DNA of 64,000 bases from Amoebophrya sp. A120 (Eukaryota > Protista > Dinoflagellata), in the NCBI GenBank assembly GCA_905178155.1, contig CAJINV010000033.1, forward strand, positions 85,891 through 149,890, written 5' to 3'. The notes under the pieces were generated by a model that was not told the origin of the DNA, did not search any database, and saw only the letters and a program-made list of their open reading frames with translations. Position 1 is the first letter of the stretch, and every line of letters starts with the position of its first letter. Positions 26,801 to 39,500 of this stretch are shown here, one piece after another. A program made the translations under genes and the position numbers.

Positions 26801-27832
26801 TGGTTCGCAAACCTATCGCACTTACTCGTCGCTGTACCTAGCATTTTTGCAATCATGGATGACAAATGCATTCTAGGAAATGGAAATAAAATCAGCATGA
26901 CCACTAACTTACTACCGACGTTTTCCCTTGACGAAGAATTTTATATTGCAAGTTACTATGCGACGAATAAAACGATGCCGCTTTTCCATGCTTGCATAAG
27001 GCGAGTTCGCTCGCCGCGAACTCTGTCGGCATGCAGGCTTACCACAACGTGTTGACTAGTCAAGACTGCTGGTTGCTGTGTTCCGAGTGGAGCGACTGCG
27101 TCATTTGGAAGTACACAGACTGCAATGATTTGGACAGCTGCCGGTACACCAACGGCGCCTGCGTCCTCTATATGAGAGTGCACGAACAATCCCCCTCCCT
27201 TTCCTCATTTGAAAGGCAATTAGTTTAACTACATGGACAGAAACATCACACGCAAAAGCGTCACAAAAAATCGACGCCTCCCGTTTGACAAATCCGCAGA
27301 CAGATTGTAGTGATCATCCAAGTTTCTTGGGTTTGGGACACAGCTTTCTACTCATGAAAAGACTGCCTTATGGTTGTGCTTGTGGCAAGAAGTGGATTTC
27401 TTGGTACTATTTTGCATAAAACAGCACGAGGGTCGGGAGGGGGGAAATTTGTGCGCTCTGATTCTCTACAGCGACCCGGACGTGGTGCTGATGCCGAACC
27501 TCTACGAATCGCAGCAGGCCTCTGAGTCCCGGTACTGGGTGGACCACAACTACTATCACGGCCACCGGTTTTGCCGGGTGGACTGGCAGGAGACCGGGTT
27601 CTCGAGGAAGTTCTACGAATTCCTGCCTTTCGGGCTACTCAGTTTGGCCGCGTGCTGCTTCGGGGTGTTCCTGTCGCACTGCAAGCGGACCTACTACCAC
27701 AAAACGTCCCAGCTGCACCAGGAACAGCACCTGCACCACCCGCGCAGGGCGTACCGGAAGGATTCGGGGACGGATATTTCCCAGCCGGCCCGCTGGCTGC
27801 CGCACACGACAAGACTGCACAACCACGAATGA
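19991..27832 (+). CDS. Large putative surface/membrane protein: hydrophobic N-terminus, Ser/Thr/Asn-rich tracts, PAN/apple-like Cys motifs, C-terminal TM segment
   Basis: Chained long + ORFs; EADCREACDAGGDECVGFEF and SQDCWLLCSEWSDCVIWKY motifs; FLPFGLLSLAACCFGVFL near the end; GT-AG intron 25335-25608 and several introners. Confidence 0.6.
20837..20890 (+). repeat. (TCA)n microsatellite encoding poly-Ser
   Basis: Directly visible run inside the 19991 ORF. Confidence 0.9.
21431..21601. mobile_element. Introner, family C, direct repeat CGCTT
   Basis: CGCTT at 21426-21430 and 21602-21606; near-identical to 11805-11966. Confidence 0.92.
21979..22204. mobile_element. Degenerate introner, family D-like, no intact direct repeat
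   Basis: TATCCTGTGCAAAAAT...ATTTTTGCAATGCATA ends interrupt the ORF chain. Confidence 0.65.
26393..26613. mobile_element. Degenerate introner, family A, repeats ATCCG/ACCCG
   Basis: TATCAACTGCAAA..CTGGGCCTGGAA left end; degenerate right end GCATA. Confidence 0.7.
27171..27463. mobile_element. Introner, family E (TIR TATGAGAGTGCAC), direct repeat CTCTA
   Basis: CTCTA on both sides; similar to 34092 and 40823. Confidence 0.8.
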
Positions 27833-28859
27833 CGCTGCTGGGATGGTTAAGACGAAAAGGAAGAAAAATTCCATCGCGTTTATCTTGATCCAACAAGTAA
27901 ACAAGTTCCTCGTGCGGGGACGATTGTAATTTGTGCCATCGATCATATCAATCTCGTAAACGATGTTGTATCGATTTATAGTTTTTCCCAATGAATAATC
28001 TTTTGTCTTACCCGCAAAGCAAAAGCTATGTTTGTTCAAATCGACGACTTTTTGTCGCACAAACGAGGCCAGTTCTTTCGGTCATGTCTTTCATTTTCTC
28101 TATATGTATGATTTTTGCCTTGCTATCGCTTGGTCGTAGTGCGCGGCGCAAAAAAGTTTCCAAGAAAATGAACCGACTGAGAACTAAAGGGCGTTGACAG
28201 TGCGTAGTCAGCGTTCATTTATGAAATGCACCGGAGACAATGACGACCCTAATCAATGTACATCTTCCAAAATGACCCCGCCTGTATGACTTTAGTAGAA
28301 CTTTAACTTTTCTTATATTTGATTTGGTGAAAAAATAAGAGCTCACAAGAATCGTAGTCGTAAGTATGAGTGCGTCTTCAATGGCGTCCTAGATGTCGTC
28401 AGAGGGATACGTGTGCAGTAGCATTCCCTGTCAATATGTTCTTCGCATCTTCAAATTCATCCAGATCAGCAACGTGGTCAGTTTTTTTTCTCCTAAGTTC
28501 TTCCCTCCAATGACGCCGGGCGGTTGCTTCGGTTTGATGTGCTTCAAACGTAAAAACACTTTGTCCATAGCTGAGGTCGGTCTGCTAGAAGGTGCAAACT
28601 GTTCATCACCTCTCTTACGATTCGGGCGGTGGTGAGCGTGAGGCTGAGGGTGACATAGACAGTGCTTGGCCTTCGTTCAGGCATGTTGCTCAAGAGCATC
28701 TACCGCTTTGGAGGTGTTGTTGAAAGGGACTCCTGATTGTGAGGCCATACTCAATATTCGGCTGCCGCGATTTTTTTTTGTATGTATCTATGCAGGTATG
28801 TACTTGTGCATGACGAACTCCTGCATTTTTCCAGACCGAGACCTTTTTACATTTGATAT

Positions 28860-29664
28860 ACGGATCTCTTGCGGGCGGACGACAAGCCCGAACAAGTGCA
28901 GCAGCAAGTTCCGCGCGTCATGGCGAACCTGACCGACAACGTTTTCGCGAACTACGCCCCCGGGGTGCTGGACGTCCATTCCGAGAAACGGCTCCAGCCC
29001 GAAACGCCGCCCGCCGATCGTGCAGACTTGATCCGGTGTGCGAAAAAAAGAGCCAACGCCAAAAAGGGGCCGCTGTGGAACGCTGCGGCGAATTTCTTGA
29101 CGGAGTACATTGCCGTGTGTCAAGCGAACAAGCTGGAACTGAAGGACCGGAACAAGTACCTTTTGCAAACCGTGAAACTGTCTTTCAACAAGATGAACGG
29201 GATCGGCCAGGAGGTGTACAAACTCCACCTGGATGCGGCGATTCAGCAGAACCTCGTAGAGACGAAGTTGTTCGGAAACTTGCCCGAACTCATGCGGTAT
29301 GAATTGTAAAAGCATCGTACTAGCAGTAATTGCATTACAAATTATAACCCAGCATGAGCATGACAAATGGAATTTGTCATGCTGTTTTACCTTGGGATGG
29401 AGATTTGAAATGCATAATTGCAATTACTACGAGTACGATGCTTTTGCGCTGGATATGCGGGAAGACCCGATGTTCAACGAGCTGTACTACGTCGGCTACG
29501 ACCTGTTCGCGGCGATGTCTGAGAAGGCTAAGTATGATGTCGATGAGGACAAAGTCGACGACTTTTTTGACTGGATCATCTTCGCCGTGGGGCTGGGTAG
29601 TGCCCGCTTGGACACGGCCTTTCTCGATGAGCGCCTCGATGCATCGGAGTGGGTGGAGCTCTAG
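28860..29664 (+). CDS. Hypothetical protein (3' part; 5' exon unresolved)
   Basis: GC3-rich ORF 28869-29297 continues in frame (ELMR-EDPMF) after introner removal to TAG at 29662-29664; preceded by a family A right-end TIR near 28830-28858. Confidence 0.6.
29298..29455. mobile_element. Introner, family D (TIR TATGAATTG.AAAAG.ATCGTACT), direct repeat TGCGG
   Basis: TGCGG at 29293-29297 and 29456-29460. Confidence 0.9.
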
Positions 29665-30866
29665 AGAGCTCTCGTTGATGACCGTTGGACGACCACTTCT
29701 TTGCAAGCAGATCTTCCCGAGGGTGCATAAGCATCTTCTTGAAAAATATACCGACACCGCCGACGTGATGGAATCTGTATTCAGTTGTACTCCTTTTTTA
29801 CTACCTCCGACCACATTACGTATGTTCTCTTTCTTTCGTGAAGTACTTACATCACTCGTGCTTTCTTTCGGAAAGTACTTACATCACTCGTGCTTTCTAT
29901 CGTATGAAGATCAAACCTGCTTCTTCCCCTCATTTAATTCTGAAGTTTTGCTCTCTCCACCTGAGTAGTTTATTTCGCACGACCCGTCAGTGGTTGTGCT
30001 TGTGCCTTGTGGTTTATTTGCCTATTTTGTCCTTAACATTTACTTTAGATTTTCATCTTTGTCTTCCTGCATACGTCGTTATCTTCACGCCCTGCTACAG
30101 GAAAATTCAAATCTTTTTGAAAGATTTGAATTGGATATAATTCCGAAACGTTCTTGACTTATCCCCTGCTGTCTTGACACGCGAAAAGCGCCGACAAGCT
30201 GCAGTTCCACCCCGGTCGGCCTTTTGAAATAAAAAATACACAAGGCTATTCTAATTCGTGCTGTACCTGCAGTTGGGATTGCTCGGGAAGAAGTGAAAGT
30301 GTTTCGGAAAACGCCTTGATGTTTGTCTTTGTTTTATTTCGATGAGATCGAGATGGAGATGTACTTAAGTTCTTGGCGCTCTTTGACACAATGAAAAAGT
30401 TGGAAACACCGAGCGAAAACAAAAAGAGAGGTACAAAAACAGCTTTTGCATTCATGAAGTTGCTTTGTCATCTGTGTCAGATGGTGCGAGAGAGTTTTTT
30501 TATTTTTTGTTCCTTAGCGAAAACAAGCGAGGACAGGGGAGGGGGGGAGCAGTGGCGGCTGTGAAGAATTACTCGGGAAGATTTTGGCTGTTGCTGGGAG
30601 CCACGATTGGGGTCTTGATCGATGATCTCTATGGGGAAGACATAATTTCCTTTTAGTTCATTCTAAACGAAAACTGAAACTGAAGCACTATTGAGAGGCA
30701 TCGTTATTTCCCATCGCCAGACCAGTAGTTTCGAAGAACGAATTCTTTGTTTCTCTTTTTGTTTCACCGTGTTTCATCGTCATCGTGTTGGAGATAGTTG
30801 TTACTTTTTGTTTTCGTTTGTTTCGCATTTTTGGTTTTACTTAACGAGATAAAATAAGAGAAAAAG

Positions 30867-33800
30867 ATGTTTTCCTTTTCGCTTGACGGCAAAGGGGCAA
30901 AGCCTACGGGGCTCAATAGTACTGGTGCGTCGACCACCTCTACATCGGGTAGTAGTTTCAAACCGCTCTCTGCGTCGCCGCTGCGGGCGCCGACACTGTA
31001 AGACAGTAGCAGTAGCAGAGTCGTTTCTATTTTTTCCGCTATGCTCTTGATGTAGTCTTCGTTATATCAACTGCGTGTTTCTGTTTATTAGGACAACAAC
31101 TACAAGCTTGGACTAGGGGGGCGCTTTCCACGATTGGATTTTTTTCAAAGGTGCTGATAATTGCTGTCAAGTGCTGGTCGATATTTCTCTAAAAATCTCA
31201 TCTGAAAATCAGCACCGGTGCTTTCCGCCAGTCTCCACCCGCCCCAAAGTCAACGGTAGGACCACTTATACCGCCAACATCTACTACTTCCACCTATATT
31301 AACCCAACGTACATTCCCGCACCGGCTTCGCAGCTTCCTGGCGCACCACCTGCGCATGTCTTGCTGACAAACGGCGGTGGTGCGGTCTCGTCGCATCAAC
31401 AGCTGAGCAGGGTGAACAAGAACTCCACACGAGTTTCATCAGCGGGAAGCGCTTCCAACGGGAAGATGAACCATAGTACAGCCGGTAGTTCTACTTCTGG
31501 TGGAACTGTGAGAACAACAGTTTCCACCACTTTGCCGGCGGGCAGCACTTTCCCTCCTCCGCCCGTACAACTGCATTCTGTTGCCGATGGCACGAGTTCT
31601 TCTCACGGCGGGTCGACGTCCTCCAGAAGCGCCACCGCCGGTAGAAGAAGCGGTGATCCCGCGCCATCCGTGTCATCATCACACACGCAAGCAGGAGGTC
31701 CCCCCGTGAACAAGCAGGTCCTGCACGATGCTCGCGCAGGAGCACCAGCGGTGGATCTTCATGATCTTCCGTCTGTTACTCGTCGAGGCTCTCAGCCTGC
31801 TCCAGTTCAGCTTACCGCTGGAGGTGCCGTTGACACGACTGAAGGAAATAAAGAAGAGCTTCAGCCATCGGGAGAGGTGGCGCAGAAATTGTCCTCGACG
31901 TCTTCGGGTGGTACAACAAACAAAAACGGAGAAACGCCTGGCACGCTGGAAAAAAGTGGGAAAATGAATACAGCGCAAGATGAAACTAGTACGAATAGCA
32001 GGGGTGCGGCGGTGGAACCGGTGGACGAACAAAGAACATTGCGCACTAAACCGACAACGCTGTTCACTCCAGCAAGCGGCACTACCGCCACGACTGGCGC
32101 AGGTAAAAACGCACCAGACGGTGGAGTGCTGCCAGGACAAGTATTAGATACCGGGCCTACGACTTCTGCTACAACTTCTACACCCGAGAACGTTTCCCCT
32201 CCGCAACGTAGCAGCGCTACAAGAGCAAAGGCCACTGCCACTACTGCTGCAACCGCACCTGTAGAACACGGGGGCTCAACAGTAGATCCAGTTCCTCCAC
32301 TCCTATCGTCTTCAACCGCTACACCTATACCCGGCTTCGATGCGCGAGCCTCACCCGACCACGGCCTGCGGCCCGGGGATAAGGTATACAACAACAAATG
32401 TTGGAGAGGAATTGTCTTCATGCACGACGACCAGGAGGTTTTTTGAAATTGATATGAATGCGTTCTTCTTCTTGCAGATCAAAGGTCAAACTTGTCCACC
32501 TCCCACACCGAATCTAATACATAAGATCTTTGTCGTCCTCGTATCGTAATAAATTCTATCAGGTCATCTTTTCCGAGGTAATCACCTCCTCTTCCCCCGA
32601 CCAACGGCGGCACAGCGCTACCCTCTTCCGCGTGGATGGGGAGTGCTTCGAATCCCGCGAGGCCATGATGGAGTACATGAAGAACAACTATGCACTGCAA
32701 ATATATGAAATTTGGATCTGGAAACAATACTTGTGATGCTGAATCCTGATAACTGACTGCGCCTCTAAGGGCAGTGAAGCATGACAAACGTTCAGGACAA
32801 CGCTTTCTCATAATGCCTAGTGCGCGAAAATACTTAAACAAAAAGCGGCGCTTCTATATGTAAGTATGCAGTACGGAATCATTTTCAGGATTCCGCAATA
32901 AGCGATACAGATTGAAAGTGTCCAGATGGAGCCATACATATCAATTTGCAGTGGATAATATCCAACAGAGCACCAAACGCGTGATCGGCGAGTATTACAC
33001 CGGCACATCAGAAGGGGGTCGAGGTGCGGCTGGTTCTAGTTCCGCCGGAAGCACGACAAATTCTGCAGGTGTTTCTTCAACGGCTGCCGTGTCCTACCAG
33101 TGCCCACTGTGCGGGAAAGGTGATTAGGCACTGGAGAGAAAATAAGTCTTCCACAGTCACGAAGTCTAAGTTGCAGGCCTTGCATGACAAATTTCTTTGG
33201 CACCGCAACAGAATTGATTATGAATTCTCTTACACAGCTTCAGAGTGCACTCCTTGGCTTGTCCGTGAGTAGTAGTAGATCGTGACGAGCGTTTTTCTCT
33301 GGAAAGTGATGCGACGAACGGCACAAGTGAGCAACCAACTAATCCGGTGGAATTCCCCACGCGGGAGGAATTTTTGAAGCACATGGGGGAAATGCACGAG
33401 AACAAGGTGACGACGCGTCTCCTGGAGGGGGATGAGGTAATCTTGACTAACAGATACAGATGATGAATATCACGTGAACGCTTTTCAATGAATTTTTTCA
33501 CTAGTATCGTTTCAGGAAAGATGCTTGATACTAGACGTAACTGTCTGGCGTCGAAAGCCATGATCCAACTTTTTTGTTCTTCACAGGCGGCACCTGTAAC
33601 AAGTACTCTGTCAAATTAGCAGGTGGTCGACGACAGTGGTGAAGTTCTGACTCCTCGTCGAGCGGAAGAGGCTCGCCAGAAATTGTCCCAACGGAAGTCT
33701 GAGCTGGGTCCGTCGGGAGAACTGCAAAGCAGCCCGGCCACTAGAAACGGTGAAGAAGAAGCCGCACATCAAGCCAGCATGCAGATTGTGACGCAGACGA

Positions 33801-35743
33801 ACCCAGAGACAGGGGATACGAGGACCATTCTGCGCGATGCTGAAACCGGCCGCATTGAAGCTGCATTTGATGAAGACACGGCGGAATTTCTGTTGGAGGA
33901 CAAGCACACTGCAAGTTGTAAAAACACCGCCGTTGGCACCACCACGACCCCGGCACAAGGAAGTTGTACTTCTCCAACTTCAAAGGTTTCTGCAAATATT
34001 AAATCTAAAGCAAAATCCAAACCCAAAGCCCCCACCTTGTCCGAAGAGCAGGAGAAGTACCTGCAGGAGCTGTCGCTCCTCGCGTTCCGCGTATGAGAGT
34101 GCACAACTCCCCTCTCCCTCATTCGTATGCAATACAAACAACTGAAGCTGCCTGTGCATGACTAGTTCTCCGGCCGAAGGTGGTACTATTTGGCCTTCCG
34201 AAATTAAAATTTGTCACGCAAACAGTGCCACAGGGCAGAAAATGGATTTACGGTTTTGCCTGACAATCGAGGGGGAGGGGGAGTTGTGCACTTTCATACC
34301 GCGCGTTGGTGCAGGATATGGGGAAGCGGTTACTGATATCATCTGTAAAAACGTCTCCACCCCAGAGTTGTCATGCGAATTTGCATGCCCAAATTGTTTC
34401 TCATGCGCAGCCCACTGAGGAGTATTTTAATTTTTTCATGCTGTCTGGCTCTGGGCCTTTGTTTGTCATGCTCTAATCCGGATTAGAGCCCAGATTTGTA
34501 GTGATGCGGTCTCACTAGCCAACCACGACTACACTACAGGCCCAAATTCGTCATGCGCAACAGGCAAACCTTGTGGGTTTGTGTTGCAAAATCGCCAACT
34601 TGACCTTTATAGTGGGAACGTTTTCGCACAGGATAACTGAAGCAGTCCAAGAGCTTTCACGAGAAGAAGCGGCGGAAGGAATCGGAAGCGGTGCGGCAGG
34701 CGATGGAATTTTTCGGCCTGAAGGAGGAGGGAGCCACGGCGCAGGAGGCGAATGCGGCCTACAAGAAAAAGGCACGGGAAATGCACCCGGACAAGTGCGG
34801 GGGGACGGACGAGGCAAAGCAGGCCTTTCAGGAAATGAAGGCTTTGTACGATATGGTGAAAAGCACACTGGAGGGTGCAGGTTCTGGAAGCGGAAGCAAG
34901 GCGGTCGGCGAGGACGAGTCGCAGAGTCCGGGTAAGTACTACTATTGAAAAGTTGTATTGATACGATCTTTTATTTATTTTTCGACTTGCTCGCCGACAA
35001 GTTTCAGTCTGTCATGCGGATGTGGAAGCCGCTGCCGCGAATCGAATGCGCATGCGAATGCTCTTTTCTGAGATCCGTTATTGTCTCGCTGGACCATTAT
35101 AAACAAGATCATGTGTGAAGATATTTACTACTTTAATTCGGCTTTTTGAAAAATATCATATATTATTGTTGATGCCCGCTTGAGTTTATGGTTACCTTAT
35201 TTAAATAATTCAAATGTAATCGTCTGATGGTGCAACTCAAACTCTAGATCGGGCGCAACCGGAAGGCCGTCAAAAAGAAGCTTACGACGAGGACAGCCCA
35301 CCGCAGGGAAAGCGGGACCAATATCCTGGGCAAAAACGTCCTCGCATCAGAGTCAAGTTGGAAACTTAGCAACACAAATGCAGAAGTTTTGGGAGCCACG
35401 CATGACAAGTTTTCCTCTGAATAATTGTAGTGCAGGTAACCAAGGATAAGGAAATCCGCATCACAAATCCATTTCCTCATCCTGTCTACAGCATAACAGA
35501 TGCCAGATAAACACGACTGGAAACTACACTTCCCACAAGAATGTGCATTACAAATGTTCCTGAAATTGCGAAGCTGCATGACAACCCTGTGGTGGGGACG
35601 TTTTTGCTCAGGATAACCAAGACGAAGCTGCAAAAGCCATCTCGTACGATCCGAGTTCGCGGGACAGCATGCGGGAGGCGCTGGAGAGGATGTTGGCGCA
35701 GATTCGAAATGCTCGCCGACAAAGCGAGGACTTGGACAAATGA
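30867..35743 (+). CDS. Multi-exon protein with C-terminal DnaJ (J) domain
   Basis: EFFGLKEEGATAQEANAAYKKKAREMHPDKCGGTDEAKQAFQEMKALY (HPD motif) at about 34705-34850; low-complexity upstream exons; 5' structure approximate. Confidence 0.7.
32689..32957. mobile_element. Degenerate introner, family A
   Basis: TATGCACTGCAAAT...ATTTGCAGTGGATA ends; direct repeat decayed. Confidence 0.65.
34092..34298. mobile_element. Introner, family E, direct repeat CCGCG
   Basis: TATGAGAGTGCACAACTCCCCTC / GAGGGGGAGTTGTGCACTTTCATA. Confidence 0.92.
34337..34635. mobile_element. Introner, family B, direct repeat ACTGA
   Basis: ACTGA at 34332-34336 and 34636-34640; removal gives GKRLLKQSK. Confidence 0.88.
35322..35615. 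mobile_element. Introner, family B (reverse orientation), direct repeat ACCAA
   Basis: TATCCTGGGCAAAAACGTCC / GGACGTTTTTGCTCAGGATA. Confidence 0.9.
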
Positions 35744-36595
35744 TCTGCCACTACTCCCGTACGGGTACTTACCCGCCCCGGCGAGATTACTTAATGATAT
35801 GCAGCTCGTTGGTTCAGACGATGAAGAATTTATAAAAGTTTCTGCTCGTTGATGAAGTGAAGAATAAACGTTTCAGTGGTGTTTCATTTTGTTGTCACTT
35901 TCTCTCGGAAGCATTCTACTCATCCTGAAGGCACTTCACTATGTGTCGTGGTCAACAAGCTGCAAGTCCTCTGACAGCTTTGCGACTGCCTGTTCTTGTG
36001 TCCCGTCTTCAGTTCCTTCTGATCATGTCAAGACACGTTGATTATATGGCAATGAATAGCAATGATCAGTCACGTACTTGTACTTCTGGTGAAATCCCGG
36101 CTCGATGGCACCATGATCCCAGCACTTGTACGCAATGAAGAAAGGACGAGAGAACAAGAGTTGATGTTTCTGGAGTAGCCAGGGAGGAGCGTGCCACTAA
36201 AGATCCCAAACTAAATATGTGAGAGAATGATCTGGTCGGTGGCCAGCATGAAAAAGATGATGCACTATGTTCGCACAAGAATTGTGGGGCGATTCACATT
36301 CACACTGACACCGGGCAAAGATTCTATAAAAATGATGTTATTTTGTTATCTTTGAGTAGCTCCTTCTGCTACTTTTGTAGTTTAGACTCTCTCTAGGATC
36401 ATCAAGATGAAGCATCTTTGGCCGTTGTTTTCAGGTGCATTCCCTGTGGTCGTGACGCTCGGTCCTCGGCGTTTTGCGTGTTGAACAGGTAGTTGCGTTG
36501 TCTGCTCTTGGACACATCACGACTGAGCAGGTCCTCTCCCGCAGCAAGGCCGCGTTCTCGATCGCACGACCAGCACACCGTCGTCGAAATAACAA

Positions 36596-39500
36596 ATGTC
36601 TTCTCCAACGGCGAGTGCCGGGCCCAGCGATGGGGTTCTGTACATGGGAGATGTCATCCTGTTGCGGGTCAAGATCACGGAGAAGCGCATGGGCTACGTT
36701 AGTTGCGACGGGTTCACGAATCCAGAGATGTCCGTGGTTTCTCCGCCGGACATGCAGGCGATCGACGACATTCGGGATTGTTTGTTCAAAGTGGTACGTG
36801 CAGAAGAAGAAGTGCGTTGTAGTTTATTTTTCAATTGATTGCAAAAGATCATCGACGAAGCCGAAGGCTAGTTCCGCCTGAGCAGTCTGTGTGCACTCCT
36901 AAGTACGCCGCCTTACACCGAAACTAATCGATTCCGATTGCAGTTTATCATCTACGGGCAAAAGTTAAAGTATAAACGTGTGAAAAGCTTTTCTCAGGTT
37001 TGCAAGCTCGACTACACGGCCCAGCGCGAGCTTGCGAAGTTACAAAATGAACGGAAGATGGAGGGTGACCCGCTGCGGTCCGCGAGTCGGTTCAGTGCGA
37101 AGGAGAAAAATCTGGACGCGGACATCCGGCGGGCGCAGGGGAAGGTGGAGCTGGAAGCGCAGACGAACCGGGAGAAGGAGAGGTTTGTGCACCCGGTGAC
37201 CTATGGCGACACGATTCAGCTGTTTCACATCAAGTCAGGGAAGTACCTCACCGTTCGCTCGCAGGAGTCGGCCTCGGTGGAAAACCACAACCGACTGGTC
37301 TCCGTGGCCGACGGGAACCAGTACTCCGCATTTCCTATGTCCGGCTTAGCGGGACGAATCGCAACCTGGTGGACCATAAGTAATGTTGTACAGTCGGAAC
37401 TTCTCTTGTACAAAGGGCGAGAGCGCAGACGCAGAACTTGCTTACTTCAACTTCTGCTTGTTGAGATGAAATTTGGCCATGCTAGAATGAAAACAACTCT
37501 CCTTTACTGACGCATTTTGCATGATCGCAATCTCTTCAACATCGTCCTTCTGAGAAGATTCTTCCTCCACCTGAGCCGGGTATATTCCGCGTCCGCAGTT
37601 TTTACAAGCACAAGTACCAGGGCGAACGGGTGAGGTTCAACGAGCAGGTGATTTTTGACGTTCAGAGACTCGGCAAGGAGTGGACGTTGCGCACGGCCGG
37701 GACCGAGTGCGAGACGCCGGACGGCATCCCGTTTTTCGAAATGAACTGTGCGTGCGACCAGGTGACCGGGTACTTTCCCATGCTGTACAGCCGCAATCCG
37801 GACCACCTAAACTACGCGTCCGTCGTGCGCCTCTACTACTGCGGCGCGAATGCCATGGTGGGGGCGAGCTGCCACGATGAGGAGGCCACGAGTACCCTGG
37901 TCTTGGAGAAGGAGAAGGATGTGCAGCAACTGTCCGAGCTGATGACAGGGTCCGGGCTGCTGCAAAACGAGCTGCGCATGAAGGGCAAGGTGATCCCGTC
38001 GGGGGCGAAAACCGACATGACGATGCGGGAAATACGGGAAAAACTCCCAGCGGACGTGGTGTTTCACTGGAAGACCAACGTGAAAACCCCGTATTTGCGG
38101 CCCCTGCCACAACTCGCCTACGACCACGTGGACAATCTGTGGTCGAAGGGCTGCTGGTTGATAGAACAAACCGCAAACCGGTTGGGCGGGGGCGCGGTGG
38201 AGTGGAAAAAACCGATCTGCTTCCGGCACTTGGGCAGCGGCAGATACCTCAGTGTCTCGAACCGGTTCCCGGATGGGGAAGGGAATTTCGGGTAGAAGGA
38301 AAAATGACTTCCACTAGAAGCCAACTCATTTTTTTCAAGTCTGATCGGTCGTCCCTAGGCTAATTGTTTCAATCTGCATGTCGATGAAACTGAAAGCAAA
38401 AGAAACGGATGTTGAGGCATGGTGCAGCTGTTGTATCGCAGCATGATGGAGAAGATACACAAAAGAACTTCAACTTGGCAATCAACAGTGCCTGCATGCT
38501 GAAGCGCGCGGACGCGACGTCTTTCTTTTTTCTCGAACCTATCGAGCCCATCGACGGTGCCAAAGTACCTCTCGGGCGTATCCGCTGCCTGATCGGGTGG
38601 AAGGATGAGTCGACCGGGCAGCAGTACTTTTTGTCTGTCGGCTATCGCAAGAAAAAAACTATGTGAGTGTAAATCTGTGATGCAGAAAGTGCAAAACTGT
38701 TACACTTGTCATGCTGGATCTGCGTCATGCGCTACTTTCATACGTGTTTCCACGTACTAGCTGCGCATGACAGATTTTCCCTGTAATGCAAAGCTAATTT
38801 GTGCTGCTGTTTTTCCGTACACAGTTACACTTACACATTTTTTTTCCTGGATATCGGCGGGCAAAAAGCTTCCCGGCTCTCGGCCGCCGCTACGCTGCGC
38901 AAGCGACAGCTGAACGCCACCCGGGCGCGGGGCGGCCAAGCGGTCAACGAGGGCGAGGGCAGCCAGAGCAGCCGCGACATTTTGTTTCTCAACTCGCGCC
39001 GGGTGCGGGACGCGGTGCAGATTGAGTGCATGGAGGGGAAATCCAAGGATACGGACCCCTATGTCCTGCCGGAGTTGCTCACCTACGTCACCGACATTAA
39101 TCGCTTGTACGTGACCAAGAACTTTTTCAAAACCTCCTGCCGCCGCCTAGCGCAGCTGCGCGACACCTTGAAGCTGTGGCACAAGCAGGGCGGGCCCAAG
39201 GCGAGCAACAGTCCGACGAGCAATCGGCCGGCAGAGCAAAGGCGGACCTCCCGCCGGTTGTCGGACGAAGCTGCGTATCAATCGCAAATTATGGATCTCA
39301 GAGTCTGGTTCTGGAAGGAAACAGAGGTTTTTCCTGCAGCTGTGGTCGCATGAGCATAACCACCCAGAAAGTGAAAGTCGGGTAGGAAGAACAAAGTGGC
39401 CCTAGCATCACAGGTTTTGAGACAAGGAGGTTTTTTCATCTCAATGCCTGCCCCGCATGTCGAGACAGCGACAGCGCTGCTGGTTTCGGTGGCCGGTCTG

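Noticed and set aside
29841-29898. 26-bp direct repeat AAGTACTTACATCACTCGTGCTTTCT downstream of a gene
   Set aside because: Only two copies; consistent with a simple local slippage duplication.
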